A DNA stretch of 64,000 nucleotides from Lingula anatina (lineage: Eukaryota > Animalia > Brachiopoda). The translations under genes were made by a program, and so were the position numbers. The notes beneath the pieces were generated by a model that had not been told where the DNA came from, ran no database searches, and was given only the letters and a program-made list of their open reading frames with translations. Below are positions 23,091-34,735 of the stretch, piece by piece. Each line of letters begins with the position of its first letter. Position 1 is the stretch's first letter. The stretch covers positions 31,130,401 through 31,194,400 of the forward strand of contig CM120641.1 of the NCBI GenBank assembly GCA_051362555.1. Direction: 5' to 3'.

Positions 23091-24122
23091 ATGGAGCTGG
23101 GAGCTTTACTAGTACCTGCCATGAACTGGCATGCTACCGATGCAGTTCAGGAGTACAAGAAGTTCAAACAGATATGCGAGTTATAATTTGACGATCCACT
23201 AAAGAACAAATCTAAGTCTGAAAAGATTGCGTACCTCCAGATATAGGCTGGAGAGACTGGATGAGACCTAGTAAGCACATGGAACTTGACTGCCATGGGG
23301 ATGAATCTAAGGAATTAAAAACCTACTTTGACAAATTTGAAGAATTTGTTAAGCCTAAAAGCAATTTTAGACTAGCCAGATTTAATCTGTGGACCCTTAC
23401 GCAAGGTAATGGGGAAACTGTAGATCAATTCTTTAAGTGAATTTGTTCTCTGGTCAGCGAGTGCAAGTTTACCTAACCAGATGAACAAATACTTGACACG
23501 ATCATTTTTGGATGCAAATCAGCCCGCACACAGTCCAAATTACTGGAATTGGGTGAAACTCTGTCATTGGACAAGGCGATCGACATTGCAAGAACTCAGG
23601 AAGCAACCTCGCAGCAACTCACAGACATCAGTCCACACGCCCAGGTCCATGCAGTCAAGCACAACAAACCATTTCGCCCTAAACCTACATTTAAAGGGAC
23701 ACATAAGAAGAGAGAAACTTCTACCATGGCCTCAAAGTGCCACCCCACAATGGATAATCAGTGCAATAGCTGTGGAACAAAACATGATAGTAGTAAAAGA
23801 AAGCACAGGCCCAGCATACGGGTCCACATGCTTTGCCTGTGGGAAACTTAACCACTGGAGGAAGTGCTGCCGCTCCGAGCACAAGCAGTCCACAATTCAT
23901 CGTGGAAACAGGCCACACAGACACATCGTCACCCTCAAGCAGCAAATGCATAGAGTGCATGCCTGCCGCGAAGACGACTGTGAGCCACAAGAGAGCAATG
24001 AGCTATATTTAAGCCCAATAAACATGGGCAGCATTGAAAGCAAGTGTGCTTTCATTAACCTGAAAATCAGCTCTGAGCAAAATAGTATGACTTTTCCGTG
24101 AAAAGTTGATACTGGCGCGCAG
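23091..24122 (+). pseudogene. gag: gag and start of protease
   Basis: PAMNWHATDAVQEYKKFKQICEL...PKSNFRLARF; zinc knuckle CFACGKLNHWRKCC; protease motif KVDTGAQ, cut by the DIRS insertion. Has stops and frameshifts. Confidence 0.85.
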
Positions 24123-25359
24123 CTCAGCGTCATTGCGCCGTTTCTCAGCAAAGCAAACGCGGAATTACAAGCTGCATGAAATTAATATTTCTGCAGTGTT
24201 TTAAGTTTTTTGAGTGTTTAAGCATGTCTGCTGACATACTGTTAATACAGTGATCAGTGGTTAAACACCCATTTATGCAATTTATCGCAATAAATGCACG
24301 AATTCGTGCTAGCTACTGTACTCGTGTGTTGGGAGTAGCGTTTACAGGCTGTTACAGGCACTGTTCTGTGGCTGCATCTGCGCACATTGTTACTGCGCTT
24401 CAATTAATATGCGCAAAAGTGTACTGCGCAGTAAAAGTATATTAAGCGTGGTAAAAGTTTTATACAGTGACACCGACAAACATGGCGGATAAAAATTCCG
24501 AATGTAATAATCAGCCCGAAAATTCGGGTTCAAAAAGTAGTAAGGTTATCGTTAGAGAGTCAAAACCAAAACAAAAAAACTGACAAGGAACTTATCAGAG
24601 ACGTTTGTTCACCGGACTCCCCCATTACTGATTGGTTATTTGGCGATGATTTTGCCGGGGTTGTGAAAGGTATCAATGAAACCAACAAGGTAGCCACAAA
24701 AGTGGGAAACCGTAAAGATTACCATGGGCGTAATCGCGCAGCATATAGGCCAAGAGGTTTTCAAAAGTACACACCTTCAAAAAACGGCTACAGAAATTTC
24801 AAGAAATCAAGGCCAAATCACGCAGGCAAATCCAAGCGGGATTAGAGAGAAAAAATGAAGCACCTAAAGAGGTCACTATTAATTGGTCATTATATATTGA
24901 TGCTTTAAAAGATAAATTGGCCACTGAGATAGCAAATTTTACTGCAGCTAGTTTACAAAAGTGCAGAAAGTTTTGGCCAAATCTTACATCAGATAAGTAT
25001 ATACTGAATACTGTTTCATATGGTATCAGTGTTGAAATAGACGAATCAACAGAACAATCAAGAATTCCTCAGACTTATGCTTTCAATAAAGCAGAATCTG
25101 ATATAATTCGTACTGAAATCCATCAACTTTTAGAGAAAAAAGTGATACAAAAGGTCAAACATTGTGCAGGTGAATTTATTTCCAATATTTTCTTAAGAGA
25201 GAAAAAAGATGGAAAGTTCAGATTGATTTTAAATCTGAGGAAACTTAATGCTTCTGTTGTATATCATCACTTTAAGATGACTAGTTTGCAGTCAGCCATT
25301 AATCTTATGACACCTCAGTGTTTTATGTCAACCATTGATTGGAAAGATGCTTATTATTG

Positions 25360-27537
25360 TATAACACGTATATATATAACACATATCTTTATTCCTCAGA
25401 CTGGTGTACACAGCTCAAGCCCAGTTCTTATTTTGCTTGAGTTTGGGATACAAGGTATACTTTTATATAGAAATACTACCATCACCACTGTCTCCATATG
25501 ATAGGCTTTGGACTATACACCACATACATGTATAAACCCAGTACAGCTACACATAGGGAGAAAGTTTATATAATTTTATGCATGTAGTTCTAAATCTAGT
25601 TCCATGAATTTTGATTTCCCCCCATCGCAAACCAAACACGAAAGGGAAGACACCTCTGGCCACCTGTGCCAGGTCACTATTGTCCACCCACCTCGTTGGA
25701 ATCTTATTTTTATCTCCCCAGATCTAGCTACCTATAACCTATATGAAAATGTATGCCAGAAAAGGCATGGGGGGGGGGGGATTAGTAAAAGAAAGGTTCT
25801 GGTTATGATACACCTTTAGGGCTCGTTTAAATTCGTGCCCCGAATTTAATGTAAGATAAAAATGCATTAAAACCATGACCATAATTTGCCAATATGCCTT
25901 ATAATAATTACTGGTCAAGAAAACACCTGTCAAGTTACTCTATAAACTCAGTCATTCTGTTAATTTTTTTAATTACAGGTTATTTAAAACACTTCTCATT
26001 ATTATTCAAAAATTAAGTTTAATCTTGAGATACACACATGTAAGCATACTTGAACCATAAGATAACCTTACATGTAAGATAAGTGAAGCGTCATAATGTG
26101 AGTTACAATATATATAATTACAAATAAGTTATTCTACTTTTATAGGTTCTATTTCATTTATCATTATTACTTTAATACATCCTCTAGTTCTAAATGGAAG
26201 CTTATAAAAATTGTAACAAACACATTAAATACCAAATCTTGTATTTCAATCAAAATGATAAAACGTGTACATGCATATAGTTACCTGTAATAATAATATC
26301 AAACTGGGTATTAATATAATTCTACCACAAATATCTGCGTATAGTGTTCCTTGTCTTAAAACAAATTCACACACACACACACACTCAAAAGCAAACTCAA
26401 ACTTTCCGCAAGTAGACACTGCTAGTCATTGTTTTGCACATAATTTATCTTTTTGCATATTTGACCTGGGTCATTATCCCCTCTTTGCGTAATATGGCAG
26501 CTTGACTACAAAATTTTCCCACATATATCTACTTTAGATACATAAGCCTGTTGTGATGGAGAATTATTAAATGTGCGTCAAAGGGTGTTTTTATTATCTT
26601 GTGAAGCTTTATGTACTGCCAGAAAGAGATTTCAATAGTTGTTGGTAGTTTAAGTAACAAATTAGGATTAGCATGATTTTGTGTGACAGTTACATCTCCC
26701 CACTCAATGGTAACTTTGGGCCACAATGACTTAATAATGATCAAATTCCGTACTACAAGTCTACCTTCCATGCTGATTTCTTTTGGACATGATTTTACCT
26801 TGGATAGAGGGAGCAGGAGACTCCCCTTGGTACTTGAAACTTCTTGAAACTACTGTTCTACAGTAACTGCTGCCGTAGCCTGTTGTTCTTCCTCCCTTGT
26901 AGGAGTTTGTAGTACTACTCCTTGGGCCTGAGGTGCAGTCTCCTGCATCAATGGTGTTCCTGTGCTTCCTGTCTCTCTCCCTGTACTTTCTGCTGCTGCT
27001 CTATTTCTCGGGGATACTCTTTTCATCATTTTTTTTTTTTTTTTTTTTTTTGCTGCCCTTGTGGTTCTCCGCCAATATAACAGGTATATATATATAATAC
27101 GTATCTTTATTCCTCAGACTGGTGTACACAGCTCAAGCCCAGTTCTTATTTTGCTTGAGTTTGGGATACAAGGTATACTTTTATATAGAAATACTACCAC
27201 CACCACTGTCTCCATAGGATAGGCTTTGGACTATACACCACATATAAACCCAGTACAGCTACACATAGGGAGAAAGTTTATGTAATTTTATGCATGTAGT
27301 TCTAAATCTAGTTCCATGAATTTTGATATCCCCCCATCGCAAACCAAACACGAAAGGGAAGACACCTCTGGCCACCTGTGCCAGCTGGTCACTATTGCCC
27401 ACCCACCTCGTTGGAATCTTATTTTTATCTCCCCAGATCTACATGTAGCTACCTATAACCTATATGAAAATGTATGCCAGAAAAGGCATGGGGGGGGGGG
27501 GGGGGAGATTGGTAAAAGAAAGGTTCTGGTTATGATA
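25360..27537 (-). mobile_element. Non-autonomous 2.2-kb mini-LTR retroelement derived from an env-bearing Gypsy
   Basis: LTRs at 25360-25810 and 27076-27537. ATTG TSD (25356-25359, 27538-27541). PBS-like TGGCGGAGAAC on the minus strand. Internal gag-start-like and env-tail remnants. Confidence 0.9.
26529..26822 (-). CDS. Stop-free remnant of the env C-terminal domain
   Basis: LLLPLSKVKSCPK...WPKVTIEW...LPTTIEISFWQYIKLHKIIK aligns by eye with ISLPIRKLSLCPK...PHLTIDW...IPLSMFTAFKLKKLLK at 5070-5300. Confidence 0.6.
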   Translation of the reverse strand, partial: SLLLPLSKVKSCPKEISMEGRLVVRNLIIIKSLWPKVTIEWGDVTVTQNHANPNLLLKLPTTIEISFWQYIKLHKIIKTPFDAHLIILHHNRLMYLK

Positions 27538-28211
27538 ATTGTCTGGCAGTTTGTGATGAACACAAAAAACTGTTAAGATTTCAATTTGATGGAAACTTGT
27601 ATGAATATCAGGTTTTACCAAATGGCTTGGCGAGTGGACCACGTGTTTTTACTAAAGTTACTAAACCAATTTTTTCCTATTTGAGAAAATTAGATAACAT
27701 GAATTGTCCATACATTGATGACAGTCTCTTGGTTAGGGAATCTTTGCAAGATTGCAGAGAGAATGTGATGCAAACAGTTAAAGTTTCTGCTCAAGCAGGG
27801 TTTACTGTGCATCCAACTAAGTCTGTTTTAGAACCAACGCAAAAGTTGGATTTTTTAGGCTTTACATTGGATTCTGTAAAAATGAGAGTGTCCTCAAACA
27901 AGAGACAAGCAGATAAAATATTTTCTGCATGCACCGACCTCTTACAACAGGACTGTATTACTATTCTGCAACTGGCAAAAGTAGTAGGATTATTGGTAGC
28001 ATCTTTTCCTGGTGTACTGTAGAATATGGGCCTCTTTATTATAGGTCACTGGATATGAGAAAAAATCAAGCTTTAAAAGCTAGTAAAGGAGATTTTCAAG
28101 CAAAATTGCAGATTAACAGTGATGATGCCTTGAAACTAGACTTGACTTGGTGGATAGAAAATATCCATTCAAGTTTTAAGTTGATTTCACATGGAAACCC
28201 TTCATTAGTTA

Positions 28212-28388
28212 TTCTTCCTCCCTTGTAGGAGTTTGTAGTACTACTCCTTGGGCCTGAGGTGCAGTCTCCTGCATCAGTGGTGTTCCTGTGCTTCCTGTCT
28301 CTCTCCCTGTACTTTCTGCTGCTGCTCTATTTCTCGGGGATACTCTTTTCATCATTTTTTTTTTTTTTTTTTTTTTTTGCTGCCCTTG
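28212..28388 (+). repeat. Templated insertion copied from 26886-27061
   Basis: Near-identical sequence, including the poly-T, sitting at the junction of the DIRS RT and the Mag RT. Confidence 0.9.
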
Positions 28389-30135
28389 AAACAGAAATTT
28401 GCATCTCCTCATGGATTGGGCCAGAAAAATAGGCATCCACTTCAATCCAGATAAAATGCGCATCAGATGCAGCGAAATTTCATTCTTTGGAAACATACTC
28501 AGTTCAGAGGGTCTACAACCTGATCCGAAGAAAGTGGAATCCATCCACAGCATGGATCCGTCCAGCAACCTTGCCGATCATCAAACGTTTCTTGGCCTAA
28601 CCCAGTACCTCAGCAGGTTCATACCCAACCTGGCTTCCATTTCAGCAGTACTGTGGGACTTAACTAAGAGCAAGAATGAGTTGGTTTGGAGCCCAGAGCA
28701 TCACACTGCAGTAGATAAAATCAAATCTGTCATCACCTCACCAGAAACATTGCAACATTTTGACAGTAGCAAACCTGTAACGATTCATGCAGGTTGACGC
28801 ATCGCAGCGTGGCCTCGGCGCCACTTTGATGCAGAACAATCGCCCTGTCGTATACAGGAGCAAATTACTAACAGAAACCGAGATGCGGTATTCAAACATA
28901 GCGCGTGAAATGCTTGCAGTTGTACATGGATTAGAGAAGTTCCATTAATATGCTTAGTAGTAAAGTCACTGCTGAAAGTGATCATAAGCCTCTCCAATCC
29001 ATATTCCAGAAACATGTGATGCTCTTTCCAGACTGTCAAAATGCGAAGGTGACACCATTCAAGGTGTAGATGTGACAGTGCATGAGATCGACATGCAGCT
29101 AAATGCAAGCCCCACCAGACTAAAGCAGATCCGAGAAAAACGTCCAAGGACAAGACGCTTCACTCTCTTCGAAACTTCATCACAAACAGATGGCCAAACC
29201 CTAGGTCAGAGTATCCATCGCACCTCCACGACTATTGGAATTACCGTGATGGATTGTCAGTATTTGATGACCTTATTCTAAAAGGAACTAGAATCCTGAT
29301 CCCAACAACGCTTCAAGCAGCGGTGTTAGAGCAGTTACACTATGCTCATCAAGGAGCTGAAAAGTGCAAACTTCGTGCCAAAGGATCTGTATTTTGGGTC
29401 AACATTAATCGAGACATCGAAAACATGGTTAAAGCATGTGCACCATGCCAACACAACCAGAAGGCAAACATCAAACAACCGCTAATGCCACACGACGTAC
29501 CACAAAAACCATGGCACACACTGGGAGCAGACTTATTTTTCATTGACAATGACAGTTACTTGCTCGTATCTGACTACTACAGCAAATTTCCAGTAGTCAG
29601 AAAGCTGAATAATTTGCGGTCCAACACTACCATTGCTCACATGAAATCAATCTTTGAAGAATTCGGAATTCCGAGAAAGCTTATCACTGGAAATGACACT
29701 CAGTTTACTTCGGCTGAATTCCAGAAATTTAGCCACGATTATGACTTCGAGCATGTCCAAACAAGCCCCCACTACTCACAGGCCAATGGATTTATTGAAT
29801 GAGCTGTTCAAACTGTTAAAAATCTGCTGATTAAATGCAAGGAAGCTAACACAGATCCTCATATGGCCATGTTGTGCCTTAAGGTGCTTTCTCAGAGATT
29901 TAGATCGATCTAAAGATTAAGTTTTAGATCGACCTAACTCCCTTGGGGTTCACGCTAAATTGCAGTCAGCCGAGCGGGCACCATAGTTAATTACCCCCTT
30001 ACAGCTTTTAGTAGGCGGGACAGACGCTTAAGCCAGCCAAGCTGACAGTAATCTAGTGAGACTCCCCACAGGGATAGATCGATCTAAAAATCTATGGAAA
30101 TGGGGAGTTAGATGCACACCATTAGATCACAACAT
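28389..30135 (+). pseudogene. pol: Mag pol: RT C-terminus, RNase H, integrase
   Basis: GLQPDPKKV...FLGLTQYLSRFIPNLA; VDASQRGLGATLMQ; RYSNIAREMLAVVHGLEKFH; HHCC (LHYAHQG...CAPC); PWHTLGADLF; SPHYSQANG; AMLCL|RCTPLD interrupted by MITE copy 5. Confidence 0.9.
29882..30107 (+). mobile_element. TWA-targeting MITE, copy 5 (inside integrase)
   Basis: TTA TSD; removal restores MLCLRCTPLDH. Confidence 0.9.
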
Positions 30136-30327
30136 ATGCATGAATAATGTCATATAGCTCTACTAGCAAGGATCATTCTATCACTGTATTTACTTTATTT
30201 TACTCACTTAAACTACATGCTCCACATGTGAGACTTCTCTTGCATAAGATGTTACTCAAGGAATCAAAAAGACATTTATTCTGTGTTGCCACTATCAACC
30301 CTTCCTTTAGCACCGATTATCTTTTCT

Positions 30328-30662
30328 AAAGGAAGGAGGGGATGTTATGGTTCTTAATGATGAATATTGCAGCTTTCAGTAACTAGGGTTACAGACAAAT
30401 ACTATGGTCAAGCTTCTAGTGACCCCAACCCTCTGCCAGCAGTTGTCCATTAAAAAGCACTCTTACTAGTGTAGTGTAAACAAGCTTGACAGCAGTGATC
30501 CTTCTGATCACTTCCCAGCAGACACACATTGTATATATTTCAGCACACTTAGAAATAAAGTTAGTTGTTGTAGTTAAGTTCTTCTTGGAGTTGTTCTATG
30601 CGATTCTCCTCTCACACTGGTGTTAATTAACATCTATATCGAAGAACATAGAAACCATTTCA
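30328..30662 (+). repeat. PPT (30328-30342) and 3' LTR (30343-30662)
   Basis: AAAGGAAGGAGGGGA followed by TGTTATGG...CATTTCA. Confidence 0.95.
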
Positions 30663-32679
30663 GTACAAAACATTTTGTGCACTTCCATTTTGTGTAATTC
30701 ACCCACAGTATAGCAACCATACACTTTTCATATCAATGTCTCCACCACATGTTATATATCTGTCTGTACACATGACAGCTTTGCTGCTTTGTCACTGATG
30801 TACAATATGTTCTTAGAAAACTCATCTTCCTCCTTAAAAAAGTCCAGGAAAGATACCAGTACACTGGCTTGATGATTGAGGGCTGTATGTGGTACAGACC
30901 AACAACAACAACTTTAAACAAAAATTCACCAGTGCTGGTCATGGCAATAGAAAGTTTGGCAAGTGATTAAATGTGGGCTCCAGTAATCTACAGATAAACT
31001 TAACATTTAAGTCAGAGCCAAATTAAAAAGACATTTTGTGAAAGTGTTCCTTAAAACATGAGTTTTTATTATGGCGACTTAAAAATTAATTTAGCAAAGG
31101 GTTTCAATGTTAAAACTAAATGGTTTATAAAACACTTAAATACCAGTAGGTTAAAAAGACTTTAAAATTATGGAGAGGGCAATTTATGAATGATTTCTTA
31201 AAATGATTGGTCTCAACTATTGGAACTGTGAAAGATTATTATCAAGAAATTAATATATTATCGCCTCAAATTGTGTACAAAATTAGATTTCTTGGACGCC
31301 TTTTAACTTTTTGTGAAATTTTTTGAATGATCAACATTCAGCAGATGTGTTTACATTCCCAGGACGAAAGTTTTACAAGTGGTAGTTAAAATGCTATTCA
31401 ATTTACCAATGGAATAATTGATGTAGTAGCCAATAGTGACCTTTTTCAGCATGGGGCAGTACATATGTGGCAGTGAGTACAATAAAATACTGTCCACATA
31501 TTCAAGCAATTAATTCATTTGCTTTGAGCCTGCACCTTAATACTTTGGCTTAAACACTATCCTATAGAATAGACTTTAGGTTATGCTAGATTCCTGGGCA
31601 ACTCCAAAAAGAGCTCTTGCCTTTCCATAGTGGATATGTCTTTCTTTCCTTTTTATAAATAATTTTTTCAAAATTGTTTTAAAGACTTTTTGCTACCACT
31701 GAGCTGGACAAAATGTATTATGAAAGATTTTCCATATCAAAGGTACATATCAAATTTATGATTTCATACACCAAGACTGACTGTAGGACATGGGTCAATG
31801 CCAAATTATATTACCATATGATGCAAATGGTGGTAGTAGTGAATTCTTGGTCAGAGTTAATAGCCAGTCTACACCAGAAAAGGGGTGCATATGTATATCT
31901 TTAAATTAATTTTTTTGTTGAATTAGCATCAAAAGACAGGAAGAGATTGACTTACGCAATGCCAAACACAAGGATTTACATTGTACCAGCATTAAGACAC
32001 TAAATTTATGTCTGATACTCAAACAAACTTAAATAACGTAATTAGATGTTACTGTGCAAATTGATGCCTTAACAGTGTGATATGGATATTGAACATTCTG
32101 ACCTAACAAGTAATTAACATGGGTGGGGGGGGGGGGGGGGGGGGGGGTTAAATGCGTATTTAGCTTTTTGTGTTTTTAATAATTAAACATCCAATGTTGC
32201 AAAACTATTCAACATATAAGACTGTATAAAATTATCCATATGGTTATGGTTACCCATAGCAGTTTTTGTGCTCATTTCAGTGATATGCCATTGTATTGTT
32301 TCATATTGCCATTTAGCTTATTTTGATAGCTGTGTTGATTCTAGAGAAAGGCTCTGTCCAAAAAAGAAGATAGTAGGGCACTGCATTTGAACAATTTCTC
32401 CAAAATTAAGGTAGGCAAGATTTTGATTTCTCTACAGCATTATGGGGAAACTTCCACAAAAAGTAAGTAGGGTTTCACAATGATATTTCGGGGAATTTCC
32501 TCAAAAAAATCAGTTGGTCACGAATTTTCTAATTTTTGGCCATGGTTTTGAGGAAATCCCTCCCCCCCAACACCCCCCCACCCCCAAAAAAATCTAAATC
32601 CAATGCTTTGATTTTTAATTTTTGACCTCTTTTAAAGTGCAATTCATGCCATTTTACACAGAATTAAATAAATTTTCCC

Positions 32680-34726
32680 TTTTTATGTACAGACACAGAT
32701 GTGTCTGTACATATAGCCATCATCTGCGTCTGTCGGCGCCGTCGTCGCCGTCGTCGCCGTCGTCGCCGTGCACTTTTACCGATAACACGATAAGTGGAAA
32801 ACCATTTTACCTTTTGACTTGAAACTTGCAGAACTGATGAATATTCATAATACGCAGGTCAAGTTCGAAAATCAGCATGATCGGGTCACTTTTAGGGAAT
32901 TTATGCTGTTTTTTCACTTTTTTCAGCATATATGCAGCACCGATAACACGATAAGTGGAAAACCATTTTACCTTTTGACTTGAAACTTACAGAACTGATG
33001 AATATTCATAATACGCAGGTCAAGTTCGATAATCAGCATGATCGGGCCACTTTTAGGGAATTTATGCTGTTTTTTTCAATTTTTTTCAGCATATATGCAG
33101 CACCGATAACACGATAAGTGGAAAACCATTTTACCTTTTGACTTGAAACTTACAGAACTGATGAATATTCATAATACGCAGGTCAAGTTCGAAAATCAGC
33201 ATGATCGGGCCACTTTTAGGGAATTTATGCTGTTTTTTCACTTTTTTCAGCATATTTGCAGCACCGATAACACTATAAGTGGAAAACCATTTTACCTTTT
33301 GACTTGAAACTTACAGAACTGATGAATATTCATAATACGCAGGTCAAGTTCGAAAATCAGCATGATTGGGCCATTTTTAGGGAATTTATGCTGTTTTTTC
33401 ACTATTTTCAATATAAATACAACACTGATAACACAATATAAGAAAAACGGATTGGCCAATTGTAATTATACTCACAGGAGTGGTCAATCTTACTGAAACG
33501 CAGGTTGAGTTCGAAAATCAGCATAATCGGGCCATTATTTTAGAAGTTATACTGTGTTTTTCACATTTCCTCAGCTTCAATTATTAGGCATGTTAGCAGT
33601 CTCATTATTTAACTAATAAGATGCCTAAAAGTGTTTGTTTGATATTTCCTGCATCTTTACAACATTGTTAGTTGATTATGTAAAAAACATGGTAAACTTG
33701 TTATCATGTATTGTGTAATAAAGTGTCAAAAATGGAAATAAACTCATATCATTGCAGTTTGTCAGATTCAATCATCCACTATGTTCAGAATCTCAGAATG
33801 GAGGAGATTGGACATTTAACACTGTTCTATTGATACTTTTCCCATCTCATCAATTTTCTTAGTTGGTCATATAAAATGGCAGTAAAATGTTTATTTTGTT
33901 TTATGTTAAAAAAGTGTTAAAAATGGAAATAAACCCATTTCAGAACAGTGCTGTCTTGTTTACATTTTGGCATTTTCAAGGAGTGACTTTGAAGTTCCAT
34001 GGGCCTGAAGACCTTTGCTAGTCACATTTTCTGAATATCTGTGAAACAAATATTTTATAATTAAAAATTGATGGTCATTAAGCTGTTAAACATTATGTAA
34101 TATTGCATCAAAATATGAAGAAACCCCTATTTTGGGCACTGCTTCCATGATGACCATTTAAGGAAAATCATGTCACTTACTGTTCTCAAACTTACAGGAA
34201 AGGAACATGGGACTAAAATACAGCTTCAGTAGGCAATGCAGTCTGTTTGGTATTTTTATTTATTTATTTATTTATTATTTTTTTTTTTTTGGCAGTTAAA
34301 CAGTTTTTTGTGAAAATTTAATTTTTCACATATTGGCATTTTCAAGGTGTGACTTTAAAGTTCCATGATCTTGAAGACTTTTGCTTGTCACATTTTCTGA
34401 ATGTCCATGTTACTAATATTTTATTAATAACATTTGATTGTCATTATGCTGTTAAACATTATGTAATGTTGCATCAAAATTTGAAGAAACCCTTATTTTG
34501 GGCACTGCTCCTATGCTGACCATTTAAGGGAAATCATGTCACTTACTGTTCTCAAACTTACAGGAAAGAAACATGGGTCTAACATACAGCTTCAATAGGC
34601 AACGCAGTCTGTTTGGTAAATTTTTCTGGCAATTTAACAGTTTTTTGTGAAAATTTAATTTTTCACTTATTTGCATCTTTATTTTCTGTTCTTTGTCTGT
34701 ACATTTGACAGCTTTGCTGCCTTGTT
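32680..34726 (+). mobile_element. Full-length HINE-like element, family A
   Basis: 5' subTIR ATGTACAGACA with adjacent inverted copy; (CGCCGT/CGT)n microsatellite; ~162-bp tandem units starting 32779, 32940, 33103, 33264; 3' subTIR TGTCTGTACAT, hairpin CAGCTTTGCTG, then CTTGTT. Confidence 0.8.
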
Positions 34727-34735
34727 AAAATAGTG

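Larger units (their letters stand above)
24123..28211 (+). mobile_element. DIRS-type (tyrosine-recombinase) retrotransposon, 3'-truncated
   Basis: gag remnant TDWLFGDDF...KGINETNKV, followed by a DIRS-type RT. No recombinase ORF remains. Confidence 0.85.
24917..28211 (+). pseudogene. DIRS reverse transcriptase, split by the mini-LTR element
   Basis: FISNIFLREKKDGKFRLILNLRKLN...HFKM...IDWKDAYY|CLAVCDEHKKLLRF...LPNGLASGPRVFTK...YIDD...DLTWW. The frame is restored when 25360-27541 is removed. Confidence 0.9.
22683..30662 (+). mobile_element. Mag-lineage Ty3/Gypsy LTR retrotransposon with nested insertions
   Basis: Paired TG...CA LTRs, GTAC TSD (22679-22682, 30663-30666), PBS, PPT, and gag/PR/RT/RH/IN remnants. 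Confidence 0.95.
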
